Source: the human T2T-CHM13v2.0 reference genome, Homo sapiens
NCBI RefSeq assembly: GCF_009914755.1
Contig: NC_060943.1
DNA: 64,000 nucleotides
Reading direction: 5' to 3' (one strand)
In this document: positions 8,861 to 27,019 of the stretch, in pieces
Numbering within the stretch: position 1 is the stretch's first letter
How the letters are laid out: each line of letters begins with the position of its first letter
The notes under the pieces: model-generated
What the model was told of the DNA's origin: nothing
What the model saw: only the letters and a program-made list of their open reading frames with translations
The model's database searches: none
Position numbers and translations under genes: made by a program

Positions 8861-11259
8861 TTAGAAGAGACGTCTTCGGGCCTTGCACGTTGGCCTCCAT
8901 AGAAACTTGTGGCAAATTCTGGGCTCCGGACTGGGTGATGGAGTTAGAGGTCTGAGGGCAGAGGTGGGCAGGGGCTCCAGGCCGTGGAGATCCAAGTGGA
9001 ATTCTTCAGGCAGAGCCTGTCTCCAGGGACTAGGCTTGGGCATTTGGGATGAGCCCTGGGGGACGGCCGCTCTGTAGTCAGGTTTGAGGTAGAGGACACG
9101 CCAGGAAGAAGGGCTGACTCCATGCACAAGGTTTGCTGGGGGTCCCATCAGGGGCAGGAAGCCTTGGGGAGCCTCACCCTCTTCTACTGAAGGCGCCACA
9201 CACACATTCTCTGCTCTCTGGGCTCTCACAGATCCATTTTCAATGTCAATCTCCCAGACAGTCTCTGTACTAGTGAGCAGGAGCCAGCGGGCATGGGCAG
9301 GGTACAAGAGATCCTTCAGGGACATCAAGAGTTGCTCAGGGACCACCAGGAGCTGCACATTGAGGAGGCTGAGTCGCAGGGCTCCCTGTGGGTCCAGCCC
9401 CAGGAACTCCTGCCCCAGGCGCAGGTGCAGGACCATTCCTGGTTCCAAGACCGCGATGATCATCTTCCTCTGGGGAAGCTGTGGGCCCTGGGGGAGAAAA
9501 GCCGTGGGTCAGTCATTGTCCTCTGAGGGTGGCTCAAACAGGGAGAGAGCAAGGCGGGGAGCTGCCAGTAACTTCCCCAGGCATAAATGAAACCCCGCAG
9601 GGACACCCAGAATTGGCACCTGTATTGACGCCCCTTGGGACGGTGATTTCCTGCAAGTCCCCTAGGGCCTGGAGCTCAGGCAGACCTGTCTCACCCACGC
9701 CCACCTAGGTGGTGTGACCTTACCTGGGGCAGCTCCAGGGGCAGCTGTGCAGGGTGGTGGGGAGCTGGCTGTACCGGAGCTGGTTCTGCACCTGTGGAGA
9801 GAGCAGAGTGTGCAGGTGAAAGCCCTTGTCATGCAGGATGCCCTTGAGGGTTCAAGGTGCCACCGTGAGAAAGACCAAATACAGAAGAAGCCAGGTACAG
9901 GACACCCAGCCACGGAGCTGCAGGAGGAAGCTCCCGACACTCTGGACAGCACAGCTGCTCGCCTCATGACGTGACGGGACACTGGCTTGGTAGCAGGGGA
10001 CTCAGGATGAAAAAGAGAAGATGCCTCACCTGGATGAGGACCCAGCTCCTCCACTTTCTGGCGTTTTGGGGCATTTGATGGCGTGCCGCTGGAGCTGTAG
10101 GACAGAGAGAGAGACACAGTCAGATTTCGGGCAGTTCCCTAACGTCCAATTCCCTGAATCCCCACAAATTCACTCCACTTCCCTGCCTTTCATTCAAGGC
10201 CACAGACTCGTCATCCACTTCCTGTGAGACCTGCTCCCAATCTGTCCTAACTCCCAGCTGTTCTTGTTCTCACCCCATCTACCTGAGCTTCCCTGGGTGA
10301 AGAAAAGGCAGGGAAGGAGGGTCGGTGCCCACAGGGAGCAGTTTACCCTTTCAGGAGCTCATGCAGATGAGAGTTGGAAAACTCTCCTTGGGTGTGAGGA
10401 GCTGGAGAAAGATGTTGAGATCCCGGAGAGGTGGCACCTCTGTCTACACAGGTAACAAAGGAATGGGGTCTTAGGATTCGAATCACAGCAGGAGAAGAGG
10501 AAGGAATTTGTCGGGCATGACGGCATGCGCCTGTAATCCCAGCACTTTGGGAGGCCAAGGTCGGAGGATTGCTTGAGTCCAGGAGTTTGAGAGCAGCCTG
10601 GGCAACATGGTGAAAGCTAGTCTCCACTAAAAATACTAAACATTAGTGGGTCATGGTGGTGCATGCCTGTGGTCTCACCTACTCAGGAGGCTCAGGTGGG
10701 AGGATCACCTGCGACTCAGAGGTGGAGCCCGCAGTCAGCTAAAATCACGCCACTGCACTCCAGTGTGGACCATCGGAGTGAGACGCTGTCTCAATAAAAT
10801 AAATCAGTAAATAAGACAAATAGAAAAATTAAAAATGAAAAAAGGAGGAAACTGTTTTATTTTTCCTAGTAGATCTTGAAACTCTCACATCATGTCCTAC
10901 AATCTCCCTTCTTGCAGAACACAGAACCCATTCCCTGTGGAGCTGGTTGGGTGGATTGAAAGTGGGGCTGCCCTGAGATATGTGTGTGGTTGCGATGTAG
11001 AAGCCTTCCCAGCACCCTGTGATGACTTACGGGCACCTCACTTCCCTCTGGCCCCAAATTCAAAACATCCAATCTCATGGCAGGTTCATGCACCCTTTTC
11101 CCTTCCCCTCTCTCCAACACACACCCACACATCCCACAGGCAGGTCACCCCGCAGGCGTCCCCAGCACATAGCAAAGCTCACCCGCTCTCTCCTGCGTGG
11201 TCGCTCTTGGATTCGGTGCAGGAATCACTGGGGCTTCTTGGGCGCCGGGAACCTTTCAT
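8861..11259 (-). CDS. PRR23D-like protein, copy 2; exons 11259-11183, 10094-10030, 9791-9724, 9487-8861; P252T variant
   Basis: Same splice sites and frame as copy 1; g>t at 8944 gives LRPLTPSP. Confidence 0.85.
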
Positions 11260-12032
11260 GGTGAAAATTTCCAGGGTTCTCCAAGTCAGCCACTGCCAGT
11301 GTTTGTCTGTCTCCTGCAAAGATTTCTTCTTGGCTCCCGAATCCTTTAGTTCCTTTGAGAGAGTGGTGTCAGCCCCAAAGCTGCTCCCGAAGGCTTGGGA
11401 TGTGTAGCGACGGGGCTGTGGCCAGCGGCAGGTGGATGAGGCTCTGACAACTGAGCTCTTGGGGGAATCTTGTACACTGTCAGCAGGGGGTGGAGCCAGG
11501 GGATTTGTCAGCAGGAACTGATGTGATTGGCTGTTCCTGGTATGACAACGGGAGGGGCCCTCATGGAGGATTGGGGCGTAACTCAATCCATAGATGACCG
11601 ATCAACAGAACCTGCCTAATCCCATCAAGAGCCAACCTGTTTCCTGTCCCCTCCCATCCTCTAGGTCTTGCCTAATAATGATAGACACTTTCTGTCATAC
11701 CCAATTCATCCATCGCTGAAATAGTTTTTCATGTGTGCCTTTTATATTTTCATGCAATAAAAATATGTTAATTTTCACGGTGGCTATCCTGGGGAATGCT
11801 ATGTACATGAAATGAAGTGTCAAAGGAGCAGAAGCAGAAGGAAATTCACAAGCTTCTCTGAGCGTCTCTGCTTCAATTCCTGCCATGTTTCCTAAACATG
11901 TTGGCTTCTTTCTTCCTACCCAAGTAAGAAGGTGCTTCAGAAGTTCAATCTTAGGGCATTTGACAAACGCCGCTGAGAATTTCAGGATGACACGAAGGAA
12001 CCTTTGATTGGATTTGTGGATGTGCCTGTGAA

Positions 12033-12086
<54 letters not shown>

Positions 12087-13576
12087 GCCAGGATGAAGTG
12101 GCTGTTCCTGGGGTGGAGACCCTTCTTTCTCTTGAGAATGTTCATTGCTGTTGACTCATTGTGGGTTTTGGAGATATTTTCTCTCTTTCTTTCGTTCTTT
12201 CAGACATTTTTTGCTTTCTCCCTCCCTCGATCCTAACCCCCCTCCATCCCCCCCTCACTCCCTCCCTCCCTCTTTCCATCCTTCCTCCCTCCCTTCCCTC
12301 TTTCCTTCCTTCCTGCCTTCTTCCCTTCCCCTTCCCCTCTTCCTTCTGTCCTTCCTTCCTGTGTGTAAAAGAAAAATTGGTGAATAGAAGAATAATTGAA
12401 TAACTGCCTGAGTCACTTATACATTTCTCATCTCACTCTGGGGACACAGAAGACCGTGTTGTACTCATCTCCTCGATTTTAAAAACAGTCATTCTAAAAT
12501 CAAGGATTCTAGATGTATCACTTCTAGGCGAAATCTTGAAAGAAAATGTGTAAGAGTTTCATGTGCTCTTCATCTCTATGATCACAATTGAAGAAGGCAG
12601 GAGGTTGAGATGCTGCATCGCCAAGATCGTGGTGATTCCATTATCATTACCCTTGTAACTTGTGAGCATCCTTACTGCCAGCAATCATTATTAGATATGG
12701 AATCTGATATAGGAGTTCATATTTACTGTATGAATATCTTGGTGTGGGAGTGTTGGCTCATGCCTGTAATCCCAGTGCTTTGGGAGGCAGAGGCAGGAGG
12801 CTCGCTTGAACCCAGGAGTTCGAGACAAGCCGGAAGAGCATGGCGAGACCCTCGTCTCTACAAAAATGTAAAAATCAGCCAAGTGTGCTGGTAGGTGCCT
12901 GTAGTCTCAGCTCCTTAGGAGGCTGAAGTGTTAGGATCGCTTTCGCCCGGGATGTAATGGCTACAGGGAGTCGAGATCTTGCCACTGAACTTCAGCCTGG
13001 GCAACAGAGCAAGACTCTCTCTCAAAAATAAAATGCTTTTTCCTTTAGGCTTAAATTCTAACACTCAAACCTCCAAAGCGGAGGTATTAGGAGGTGGGGC
13101 CCTTGGGAGATGATGAGATTATGAAAGTGGAACCCTCGTAAATGGGATTAGTGCCCTTCTGAAAGTGACGGAAGAGAGCTCGCCAGCACCTTCCATGTGG
13201 GGAGACAGGGAGGATATGACAGTCTCCAACCTGGAAGAGGGTCCTCACCAGACCCCGATCATGCTGGCACTCTCATCGTGGACTTCCGGCCTCCAGAACT
13301 CTGATCAACAAATGTGTGTTCTTAAAGAAAAAAAAAGTGTGGAAAGCAATGTTAATGTTCCCAATCACTTTGAGTACATTCTTTCCTTAACTATGTCTTA
13401 ATGCATAGTTGTGTTGGATGGCCTAGTTTGTAATGTTAGAATATGCATGTTAGTGAATTAATAAATACAGCAGTAAAGAATAGAGTTGTGGTTGGGAATG
13501 GTGTCTCACGCCTGTAATCCCAGCACAATGGCATGCCGAGGCGGGTCAATCACCTGTAGTCGGGAGGTGGAGATCA

Positions 13577-13756
<180 letters not shown>

Positions 13757-14549
13757 CTAAATTCTATATCAAAAAATTAAAAAAAAAAAAAAGAAGGCTG
13801 TTTGTTGACCATTTGAGTGGCCAGTCTTGGTGCTTCCTGGTGGGCGAGGAGAGCCCTACCCCATTCCTACCCATTCCAGTAGTCATGGCATAAGAGTGAT
13901 TCTCACTTTCTGCTATAGCCTCCTTATCCATTGGCTGAAATGATTCTTTTTTAATATGTCTTATAAATGCTTCCATAGCAAAAAAAATTGAATTGACTTT
14001 TATAGGGACTCTTTCGGGGATTGTTACCCATCATTCCATAATTTGTTTGTACTCCTAGAAAAGGGAAGTATGCCGAGCACAGTGGATATTTCGTCTCAAA
14101 TAATAAATAAATAACCAAATAGAAAAGAAAGAAAAGGAAGTAAAGGGAAATATACAAATATACAAGGTGTTAGGAGAGAGTTGCTAATCGTGATTCCCCC
14201 TTAATTGTCCAAACAGACCACCTCTGGGGATCTATTCGTAAAAGACTCGTTAGAAGTGCAGACTCATGCATTTGAGAATCACTCAGGGAAATCTGAAGAT
14301 GACCTGTGGTGGGGGTGTAAATGGATACTTAAATGTGTCTTGTGATTGTGTGAGAGTGTGACTGTGTGTTTGTGTGTGTGCTGTCATCTGTGGAGTGGGG
14401 GATCCTCTTTTGCCTTGAGAAAGCTCATCTCTGTCCACTTACTCTGGGCTCTACCATCTGTGCCTTGTATCCAGTAGAAATAAAACAGTTTGCGGCAGAA
14501 ATGGAGTTTTATTTTATTTTACTTTACTTTTTATTAGGATTATTTGTAG

Positions 14550-14750
<201 letters not shown>

Positions 14751-16328
14751 TGATCCACCCGCCTCAGCCTCCCAAAGTGCTGGGATTACAGGTGGGAGCT
14801 ACTGTGCCCGGCCAGAAATGGAGATTTTTGTTCTTCTTTTGATGAGACGGAACCTCGCACCGTGGCCCAGGCTGGAGTGCAGTGGAGTGACCTCGGCTCA
14901 CTGCAAGCTCTGCCTCCTGGGGTCATGCCATTCTCCTGCCTCAGCCTCCCATAGAGCTGGGACTACAGGCGCCCGACACCACGCCCAGCTAAGGTTTTTG
15001 CATTTATTATTTTTTTTTTTTGTAGGGACGGTCTTTCACCGTGTTAGCCAGGACGGTCTCGATCTCCTGCCCTCGTGATGCACCCGCCTGAGCCCCCCGA
15101 AGTGCTCGGATTACAGGCATGAGCCACCATGCACGGCCCAGAAATGGAGATTTTTGAGCAAACACATTAAAGAAAAGAAACGCAAATAGACGAAACTCAT
15201 TTTAACATTTTTATTTAACCCAAGGAATACAGATATAATCAACACCAATACAATTGATGTCACAGTGATGACTAAGATACATGCTACAATCCTTCATTCT
15301 CAGATGCAAAATCTAGTATGTGTTTTACAGCAAACGTCAGTTGGAAACTGAACGTCGATCACACATGCTTGATGTGCATGTCAATTTCATGAGAGTTACA
15401 ATCTCAGGAGAAGTCTCACATAGCGTAAGAGTCCAAACATACCTTCAAGTGTTTCGACAAGTTCTTCACTACTCATTCTTAGAACTGAATTTACCAACAA
15501 CAATCCCAGCCTATTCATTGCTGAACTGCATCCCATTGAAAGAATGGGTCACAGTTCCTCTCTCTAGACACTGTGGAACGACATTGAAGGCCCTTCCATC
15601 TTTTGGCGATTGTGAGGACAGGTGCTAGAAGCCTCTGCCCTCAGCCTTGTCCACGTGAGTTCTAATTCCTTTAGAACAACTATCTCAGGGTGGGAAAGAT
15701 GGTTCCAATGCTAAGTGCCTATTGCATTGATTATGAATCAATGAAACTCTTTCTCCCTGGGGGTTGTCCCAGTTGGATTCCAAGCAGCACTGTCAGAGTG
15801 TTCCAGCTTCTCCACATGCTCCGCAGCCCTTGGGATGGTGAGTGATTGTCACGGTGGCTTCTGGGAGAGCTTCTTGGTTGTGGTTGAAGGTGTATTTGAC
15901 GTGCATTTCCCCAGGGGAGGGACAGTGAACGCTTTTTGAAGTGGTTCTTTACATCCCCTTTGAGGAAATGTCTGCTCAAGTCTCTGGCTGGGTTTTGAAC
16001 AGAATCATTTGTTTGTCCCATTGGAGTTTTGACAACTCTGTGTATTCTGAGTATGAGCAGTCCTTGCACGTATATGAGATTTGCAAATATTTTGTGCCCC
16101 AATCTCAAGGTTGCTCTTTGATACAAATCAAGAGCATCTGAGGCAGAGCAAAGGTTCAGGTGAGAGGACGGAGCATTTCTCCACCTCTCCAGCATGCGCA
16201 GCATCTCTCTCCTCCGAGATGCCGAGACATGTGTGCAGGGAGACACCATGAAAAAGCAGGTGTGCTTCATTCTGAATAGAGCGTCTCTGATTCCCGTCTG
16301 GTGCCTGAGGGTGCATGGCCCATGAGCC

Positions 16329-18727
16329 TTAGAAGAGACGTCTTCGGGCCTTGCACGTTGGCCTCCATAGAAACTTGTGGCAAATTCTGGGCTCCGGACT
16401 GGGTGATGGAGTTAGAGGTCTGAGGGCAGAGGTGGGCAGGGGCTCCAGGCCGTGGAGATCCAAGTGGAATTCTTCAGGCAGAGCCTGTCTCCAGGGACTA
16501 GGCTTGGGCATTTGGGATGAGCCCTGGGGGACGGCCGCTCTGTAGTCAGGTTTGAGGTAGAGGACACGCCAGGAAGAAGGGCTGACTCCATGCACAAGGT
16601 TTGCTGGGGGTCCCATCAGGGGCAGGAAGCCTTGGGGAGCCTCACCCTCTTCTACTGAAGGCGCCACACACACATTCTCTGCTCTCTGGGCTCTCACAGA
16701 TCCATTTTCAATGTCAATCTCCCAGACAGTCTCTGTACTAGTGAGCAGGAGCCAGCGGGCATGGGCAGGGTACAAGAGATCCTTCAGGGACATCAAGAGT
16801 TGCTCAGGGACCACCAGGAGCTGCACATTGAGGAGGCTGAGTCGCAGGGCTCCCTGTGGGTCCAGCCCCAGGAACTCCTGCCCCAGGCGCAGGTGCAGGA
16901 CCATTCCTGGTTCCAAGACCGCGATGATCATCTTCCTCTGGGGAAGCTGTGGGCCCTGGGGGAGAAAAGCCGTGGGTCAGTCATTGTCCTCTGAGGGTGG
17001 CTCAAACAGGGAGAGAGCAAGGCGGGGAGCTGCCAGTAACTTCCCCAGGCATAAATGAAACCCCGCAGGGACACCCAGAATTGGCACCTGTATTGACGCC
17101 CCTTGGGACGGTGATTTCCTGCAAGTCCCCTAGGGCCTGGAGCTCAGGCAGACCTGTCTCACCCACGCCCACCTAGGTGGTGTGACCTTACCTGGGGCAG
17201 CTCCAGGGGCAGCTGTGCAGGGTGGTGGGGAGCTGGCTGTACCGGAGCTGGTTCTGCACCTGTGGAGAGAGCAGAGTGTGCAGGTGAAAGCCCTTGTCAT
17301 GCAGGATGCCCTTGAGGGTTCAAGGTGCCACCGTGAGAAAGACCAAATACAGAAGAAGCCAGGTACAGGACACCCAGCCACGGAGCTGCAGGAGGAAGCT
17401 CCCGACACTCTGGACAGCACAGCTGCTCGCCTCATGACGTGACGGGACACTGGCTTGGTAGCAGGGGACTCAGGATGAAAAAGAGAAGATGCCTCACCTG
17501 GATGAGGACCCAGCTCCTCCACTTTCTGGCGTTTTGGGGCATTTGATGGCGTGCCGCTGGAGCTGTAGGACAGAGAGAGAGACACAGTCAGATTTCGGGC
17601 AGTTCCCTAACGTCCAATTCCCTGAATCCCCACAAATTCACTCCACTTCCCTGCCTTTCATTCAAGGCCACAGACTCGTCATCCACTTCCTGTGAGACCT
17701 GCTCCCAATCTGTCCTAACTCCCAGCTGTTCTTGTTCTCACCCCATCTACCTGAGCTTCCCTGGGTGAAGAAAAGGCAGGGAAGGAGGGTCGGTGCCCAC
17801 AGGGAGCAGTTTACCCTTTCAGGAGCTCATGCAGATGAGAGTTGGAAAACTCTCCTTGGGTGTGAGGAGCTGGAGAAAGATGTTGAGATCCCGGAGAGGT
17901 GGCACCTCTGTCTACACAGGTAACAAAGGAATGGGGTCTTAGGATTCGAATCACAGCAGGAGAAGAGGAAGGAATTTGTCGGGCATGACGGCATGCGCCT
18001 GTAATCCCAGCACTTTGGGAGGCCAAGGTCGGAGGATTGCTTGAGTCCAGGAGTTTGAGAGCAGCCTGGGCAACATGGTGAAAGCTAGTCTCCACTAAAA
18101 ATACTAAACATTAGTGGGTCATGGTGGTGCATGCCTGTGGTCTCACCTACTCAGGAGGCTCAGGTGGGAGGATCACCTGCGACTCAGAGGTGGAGCCCGC
18201 AGTCAGCTAAAATCACGCCACTGCACTCCAGTGTGGACCATCGGAGTGAGACGCTGTCTCAATAAAATAAATCAGTAAATAAGACAAATAGAAAAATTAA
18301 AAATGAAAAAAGGAGGAAACTGTTTTATTTTTCCTAGTAGATCTTGAAACTCTCACATCATGTCCTACAATCTCCCTTCTTGCAGAACACAGAACCCATT
18401 CCCTGTGGAGCTGGTTGGGTGGATTGAAAGTGGGGCTGCCCTGAGATATGTGTGTGGTTGCGATGTAGAAGCCTTCCCAGCACCCTGTGATGACTTACGG
18501 GCACCTCACTTCCCTCTGGCCCCAAATTCAAAACATCCAATCTCATGGCAGGTTCATGCACCCTTTTCCCTTCCCCTCTCTCCAACACACACCCACACAT
18601 CCCACAGGCAGGTCACCCCGCAGGCGTCCCCAGCACATAGCAAAGCTCACCCGCTCTCTCCTGCGTGGTCGCTCTTGGATTCGGTGCAGGAATCACTGGG
18701 GCTTCTTGGGCGCCGGGAACCTTTCAT
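16329..18727 (-). CDS. PRR23D-like protein, copy 3; exons 18727-18651, 17562-17498, 17259-17192, 16955-16329; P252T variant
   Basis: Intact ATG, splice sites and stop; t at 16412 gives P252T. Confidence 0.85.
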
Positions 18728-19500
18728 GGTGAAAATTTCCAGGGTTCTCCAAGTCAGCCACTGCCAGTGTTTGTCTGTCTCCTGCAAAGATTTCTTCTTG
18801 GCTCCCGAATCCTTTAGTTCCTTTGAGAGAGTGGTGTCAGCCCCAAAGCTGCTCCCGAAGGCTTGGGATGTGTAGCGACGGGGCTGTGGCCAGCGGCAGG
18901 TGGATGAGGCTCTGACAACTGAGCTCTTGGGGGAATCTTGTACACTGTCAGCAGGGGGTGGAGCCAGGGGATTTGTCAGCAGGAACTGATGTGATTGGCT
19001 GTTCCTGGTATGACAACGGGAGGGGCCCTCATGGAGGATTGGGGCGTAACTCAATCCATAGATGACCGATCAACAGAACCTGCCTAATCCCATCAAGAGC
19101 CAACCTGTTTCCTGTCCCCTCCCATCCTCTAGGTCTTGCCTAATAATGATAGACACTTTCTGTCATACCCAATTCATCCATCGCTGAAATAGTTTTTCAT
19201 GTGTGCCTTTTATATTTTCATGCAATAAAAATATGTTAATTTTCACGGTGGCTATCCTGGGGAATGCTATGTACATGAAATGAAGTGTCAAAGGAGCAGA
19301 AGCAGAAGGAAATTCACAAGCTTCTCTGAGCGTCTCTGCTTCAATTCCTGCCATGTTTCCTAAACATGTTGGCTTCTTTCTTCCTACCCAAGTAAGAAGG
19401 TGCTTCAGAAGTTCAATCTTAGGGCATTTGACAAACGCCGCTGAGAATTTCAGGATGACACGAAGGAACCTTTGATTGGATTTGTGGATGTGCCTGTGAA

Positions 19501-19556
<56 letters not shown>

Positions 19557-21046
19557 GCCAGGATGAAGTGGCTGTTCCTGGGGTGGAGACCCTTCTTTCT
19601 CTTGAGAATGTTCATTGCTGTTGACTCATTGTGGGTTTTGGAGATATTTTCTCTCTTTCTTTCGTTCTTTCAGACATTTTTTGCTTTCTCCCTCCCTCGA
19701 TCCTAACCCCCCTCCATCCCCCCCTCACTCCCTCCCTCCCTCTTTCCATCCTTCCTCCCTCCCTTCCCTCTTTCCTTCCTTCCTGCCTTCTTCCCTTCCC
19801 CTTCCCCTCTTCCTTCTGTCCTTCCTTCCTGTGTGTAAAAGAAAAATTGGTGAATAGAAGAATAATTGAATAACTGCCTGAGTCACTTATACATTTCTCA
19901 TCTCACTCTGGGGACACAGAAGACCGTGTTGTACTCATCTCCTCGATTTTAAAAACAGTCATTCTAAAATCAAGGATTCTAGATGTATCACTTCTAGGCG
20001 AAATCTTGAAAGAAAATGTGTAAGAGTTTCATGTGCTCTTCATCTCTATGATCACAATTGAAGAAGGCAGGAGGTTGAGATGCTGCATCGCCAAGATCGT
20101 GGTGATTCCATTATCATTACCCTTGTAACTTGTGAGCATCCTTACTGCCAGCAATCATTATTAGATATGGAATCTGATATAGGAGTTCATATTTACTGTA
20201 TGAATATCTTGGTGTGGGAGTGTTGGCTCATGCCTGTAATCCCAGTGCTTTGGGAGGCAGAGGCAGGAGGCTCGCTTGAACCCAGGAGTTCGAGACAAGC
20301 CGGAAGAGCATGGCGAGACCCTCGTCTCTACAAAAATGTAAAAATCAGCCAAGTGTGCTGGTAGGTGCCTGTAGTCTCAGCTCCTTAGGAGGCTGAAGTG
20401 TTAGGATCGCTTTCGCCCGGGATGTAATGGCTACAGGGAGTCGAGATCTTGCCACTGAACTTCAGCCTGGGCAACAGAGCAAGACTCTCTCTCAAAAATA
20501 AAATGCTTTTTCCTTTAGGCTTAAATTCTAACACTCAAACCTCCAAAGCGGAGGTATTAGGAGGTGGGGCCCTTGGGAGATGATGAGATTATGAAAGTGG
20601 AACCCTCGTAAATGGGATTAGTGCCCTTCTGAAAGTGACGGAAGAGAGCTCGCCAGCACCTTCCATGTGGGGAGACAGGGAGGATATGACAGTCTCCAAC
20701 CTGGAAGAGGGTCCTCACCAGACCCCGATCATGCTGGCACTCTCATCGTGGACTTCCGGCCTCCAGAACTCTGATCAACAAATGTGTGTTCTTAAAGAAA
20801 AAAAAAGTGTGGAAAGCAATGTTAATGTTCCCAATCACTTTGAGTACATTCTTTCCTTAACTATGTCTTAATGCATAGTTGTGTTGGATGGCCTAGTTTG
20901 TAATGTTAGAATATGCATGTTAGTGAATTAATAAATACAGCAGTAAAGAATAGAGTTGTGGTTGGGAATGGTGTCTCACGCCTGTAATCCCAGCACAATG
21001 GCATGCCGAGGCGGGTCAATCACCTGTAGTCGGGAGGTGGAGATCA

Positions 21047-21226
<180 letters not shown>

Positions 21227-22020
21227 CTAAATTCTATATCAAAAAATTAAAAAAAAAAAAAAAGAAGGCTGTTTGTTGACCATTTGAGTGGCCAGTCTTG
21301 GTGCTTCCTGGTGGGCGAGGAGAGCCCTGCCCCATTCCTACCCATTCCAGTAGTCATGGCATAAGAGTGATTCTCACTTTCTGCTATAGCCTCCTTATCC
21401 ATTGGCTGAAATGATTCTTTTTTAATATGTCTTATAAATGCTTCCATAGCAAAAAAAATTGAATTGACTTTTATAGGGACTCTTTCGGGGATTGTTACCC
21501 ATCATTCCATAATTTGTTTGTACTCCTAGAAAAGGGAAGTATGCCGAGCACAGTGGATATTTCGTCTCAAATAATAAATAAATAACCAAATAGAAAAGAA
21601 AGAAAAGGAAGTAAAGGGAAATATACAAATATACAAGGTGTTAGGAGAGAGTTGCTAATCGTGATTCCCCCTTAATTGTCCAAACAGACCACCTCTGGGG
21701 ATCTATTCGTAAAAGACTCGTTAGAAGTGCAGACTCATGCATTTGAGAATCACTCAGGGAAATCTGAAGATGACCTGTGGTGGGGGTGTAAATGGATACT
21801 TAAATGTGTCTTGTGATTGTGTGAGAGTGTGACTGTGTGTTTGTGTGTGTGCTGTCATCTGTGGAGTGGGGGATCCTCTTTTGCCTTGAGAAAGCTCATC
21901 TCTGTCCACTTACTCTGGGCTCTACCATCTGTGCCTTGTATCCAGTAGAAATAAAACAGTTTGCGGCAGAAATGGAGTTTTATTTTATTTTACTTTACTT
22001 TTTATTAGGATTATTTGTAG

Positions 22021-22221
<201 letters not shown>

Positions 22222-23799
22222 TGATCCACCCGCCTCAGCCTCCCAAAGTGCTGGGATTACAGGTGGGAGCTACTGTGCCCGGCCAGAAATGGAGATTTTT
22301 GTTCTTCTTTTGATGAGACGGAACCTCGCACCGTGGCCCAGGCTGGAGTGCAGTGGAGTGACCTCGGCTCACTGCAAGCTCTGCCTCCTGGGGTCATGCC
22401 ATTCTCCTGCCTCAGCCTCCCATAGAGCTGGGACTACAGGCGCCCGACACCACGCCCAGCTAAGGTTTTTGCATTTATTATTTTTTTTTTTTGTAGGGAC
22501 GGTCTTTCACCGTGTTAGCCAGGACGGTCTCGATCTCCTGCCCTCGTGATGCACCCGCCTGAGCCCCCCGAAGTGCTCGGATTACAGGCATGAGCCACCA
22601 TGCACGGCCCAGAAATGGAGATTTTTGAGCAAACACATTAAAGAAAAGAAACGCAAATAGACGAAACTCATTTTAACATTTTTATTTAACCCAAGGAATA
22701 CAGATATAATCAACACCAATACAATTGATGTCACAGTGATGACTAAGATACATGCTACAATCCTTCATTCTCAGATGCAAAATCTAGTATGTGTTTTACA
22801 GCAAACGTCAGTTGGAAACTGAACGTCGATCACACATGCTTGATGTGCATGTCAATTTCATGAGAGTTACAATCTCAGGAGAAGTCTCACATAGCGTAAG
22901 AGTCCAAACATACCTTCAAGTGTTTCGACAAGTTCTTCACTACTCATTCTTAGAACTGAATTTACCAACAACAATCCCAGCCTATTCATTGCTGAACTGC
23001 ATCCCATTGAAAGAATGGGTCACAGTTCCTCTCTCTAGACACTGTGGAACGACATTGAAGGCCCTTCCATCTTTTGGCGATTGTGAGGACAGGTGCTAGA
23101 AGCCTCTGCCCTCAGCCTTGTCCACGTGAGTTCTAATTCCTTTAGAACAACTATCTCAGGGTGGGAAAGATGGTTCCAATGCTAAGTGCCTATTGCATTG
23201 ATTATGAATCAATGAAACTCTTTCTCCCTGGGGGTTGTCCCAGTTGGATTCCAAGCAGCACTGTCAGAGTGTTCCAGCTTCTCCACATGCTCCGCAGCCC
23301 TTGGGATGGTGAGTGATTGTCACGGTGGCTTCTGGGAGAGCTTCTTGGTTGTGGTTGAAGGTGTATTTGACGTGCATTTCCCCAGGGGAGGGACAGTGAA
23401 CGCTTTTTGAAGTGGTTCTTTACATCCCCTTTGAGGAAATGTCTGCTCAAGTCTCTGGCTGGGTTTTGAACAGAATCATTTGTTTGTCCCATTGGAGTTT
23501 TGACAACTCTGTGTATTCTGAGTATGAGCAGTCCTTGCACGTATATGAGATTTGCAAATATTTTGTGCCCCAATCTCAAGGTTGCTCTTTGATACAAATC
23601 AAGAGCATCTGAGGCAGAGCAAAGGTTCAGGTGAGAGGACGGAGCATTTCTCCACCTCTCCAGCATGCGCAGCATCTCTCTCCTCCGAGATGCCGAGACA
23701 TGTGTGCAGGGAGACACCATGAAAAAGCAGGTGTGCTTCATTCTGAATAGAGCGTCTCTGATTCCCGTCTGGTGCCTGAGGGTGCATGGCCCATGAGCC

Positions 23800-26198
<2,399 letters not shown>

Positions 26199-26971
26199 GG
26201 TGAAAATTTCCAGGGTTCTCCAAGTCAGCCACTGCCAGTGTTTGTCTGTCTCCTGCAAAGATTTCTTCTTGGCTCCCGAATCCTTTAGTTCCTTTGAGAG
26301 AGTGGTGTCAGCCCCAAAGCTGCTCCCGAAGGCTTGGGTTGTGTAGCGACGGGGCTGTGGCCAGCGGCAGGTGGATGAGGCTCTGACAACTGAGCTCTTG
26401 GGGGAATCTTGTACACTGTCAGCAGGGGGTGGAGCCAGGGGATTTGTCAGCAGGAACTGATGTGATTGGCTGTTCCTGGTATGACAACGGGAGGGGCCCT
26501 CATGGAGGATTGGGGCGTAACTCAATCCATAGATGACCGATCAACAGAACCTGCCTAATCCCATCAAGAGCCAACCTGTTTCCTGTCCCCTCCCATCCTC
26601 TAGGTCTTGCCTAATAATGATAGACACTTTCTGTCATACCCAATTCATCCATCGCTGAAATAGTTTTTCATGTGTGCCTTTTATATTTTCATGCAATAAA
26701 AATATGTTAATTTTCACGGGGGCTATCCTGGGGAATGCTATGTACATGAAATGAAGTGTCAAAGGAGCAGAAGCAGAAGGAAATTCACAAGCTTCTCTGA
26801 GCGTCTCTGCTTCAATTCCTGCCATGTTTCCTAAACATGTTGGCTTCTTTCTTCCTACCCAAGTAAGAAGGTGCTTCAGAAGATCAATCTTAGGGCATTT
26901 GACAAACGCTGCTGAGAATTTCAGGATGACACGAAGGAACCTTTGATTGGATTTGTGGATGTGCCTGTGAA

Positions 26972-27019
<48 letters not shown>
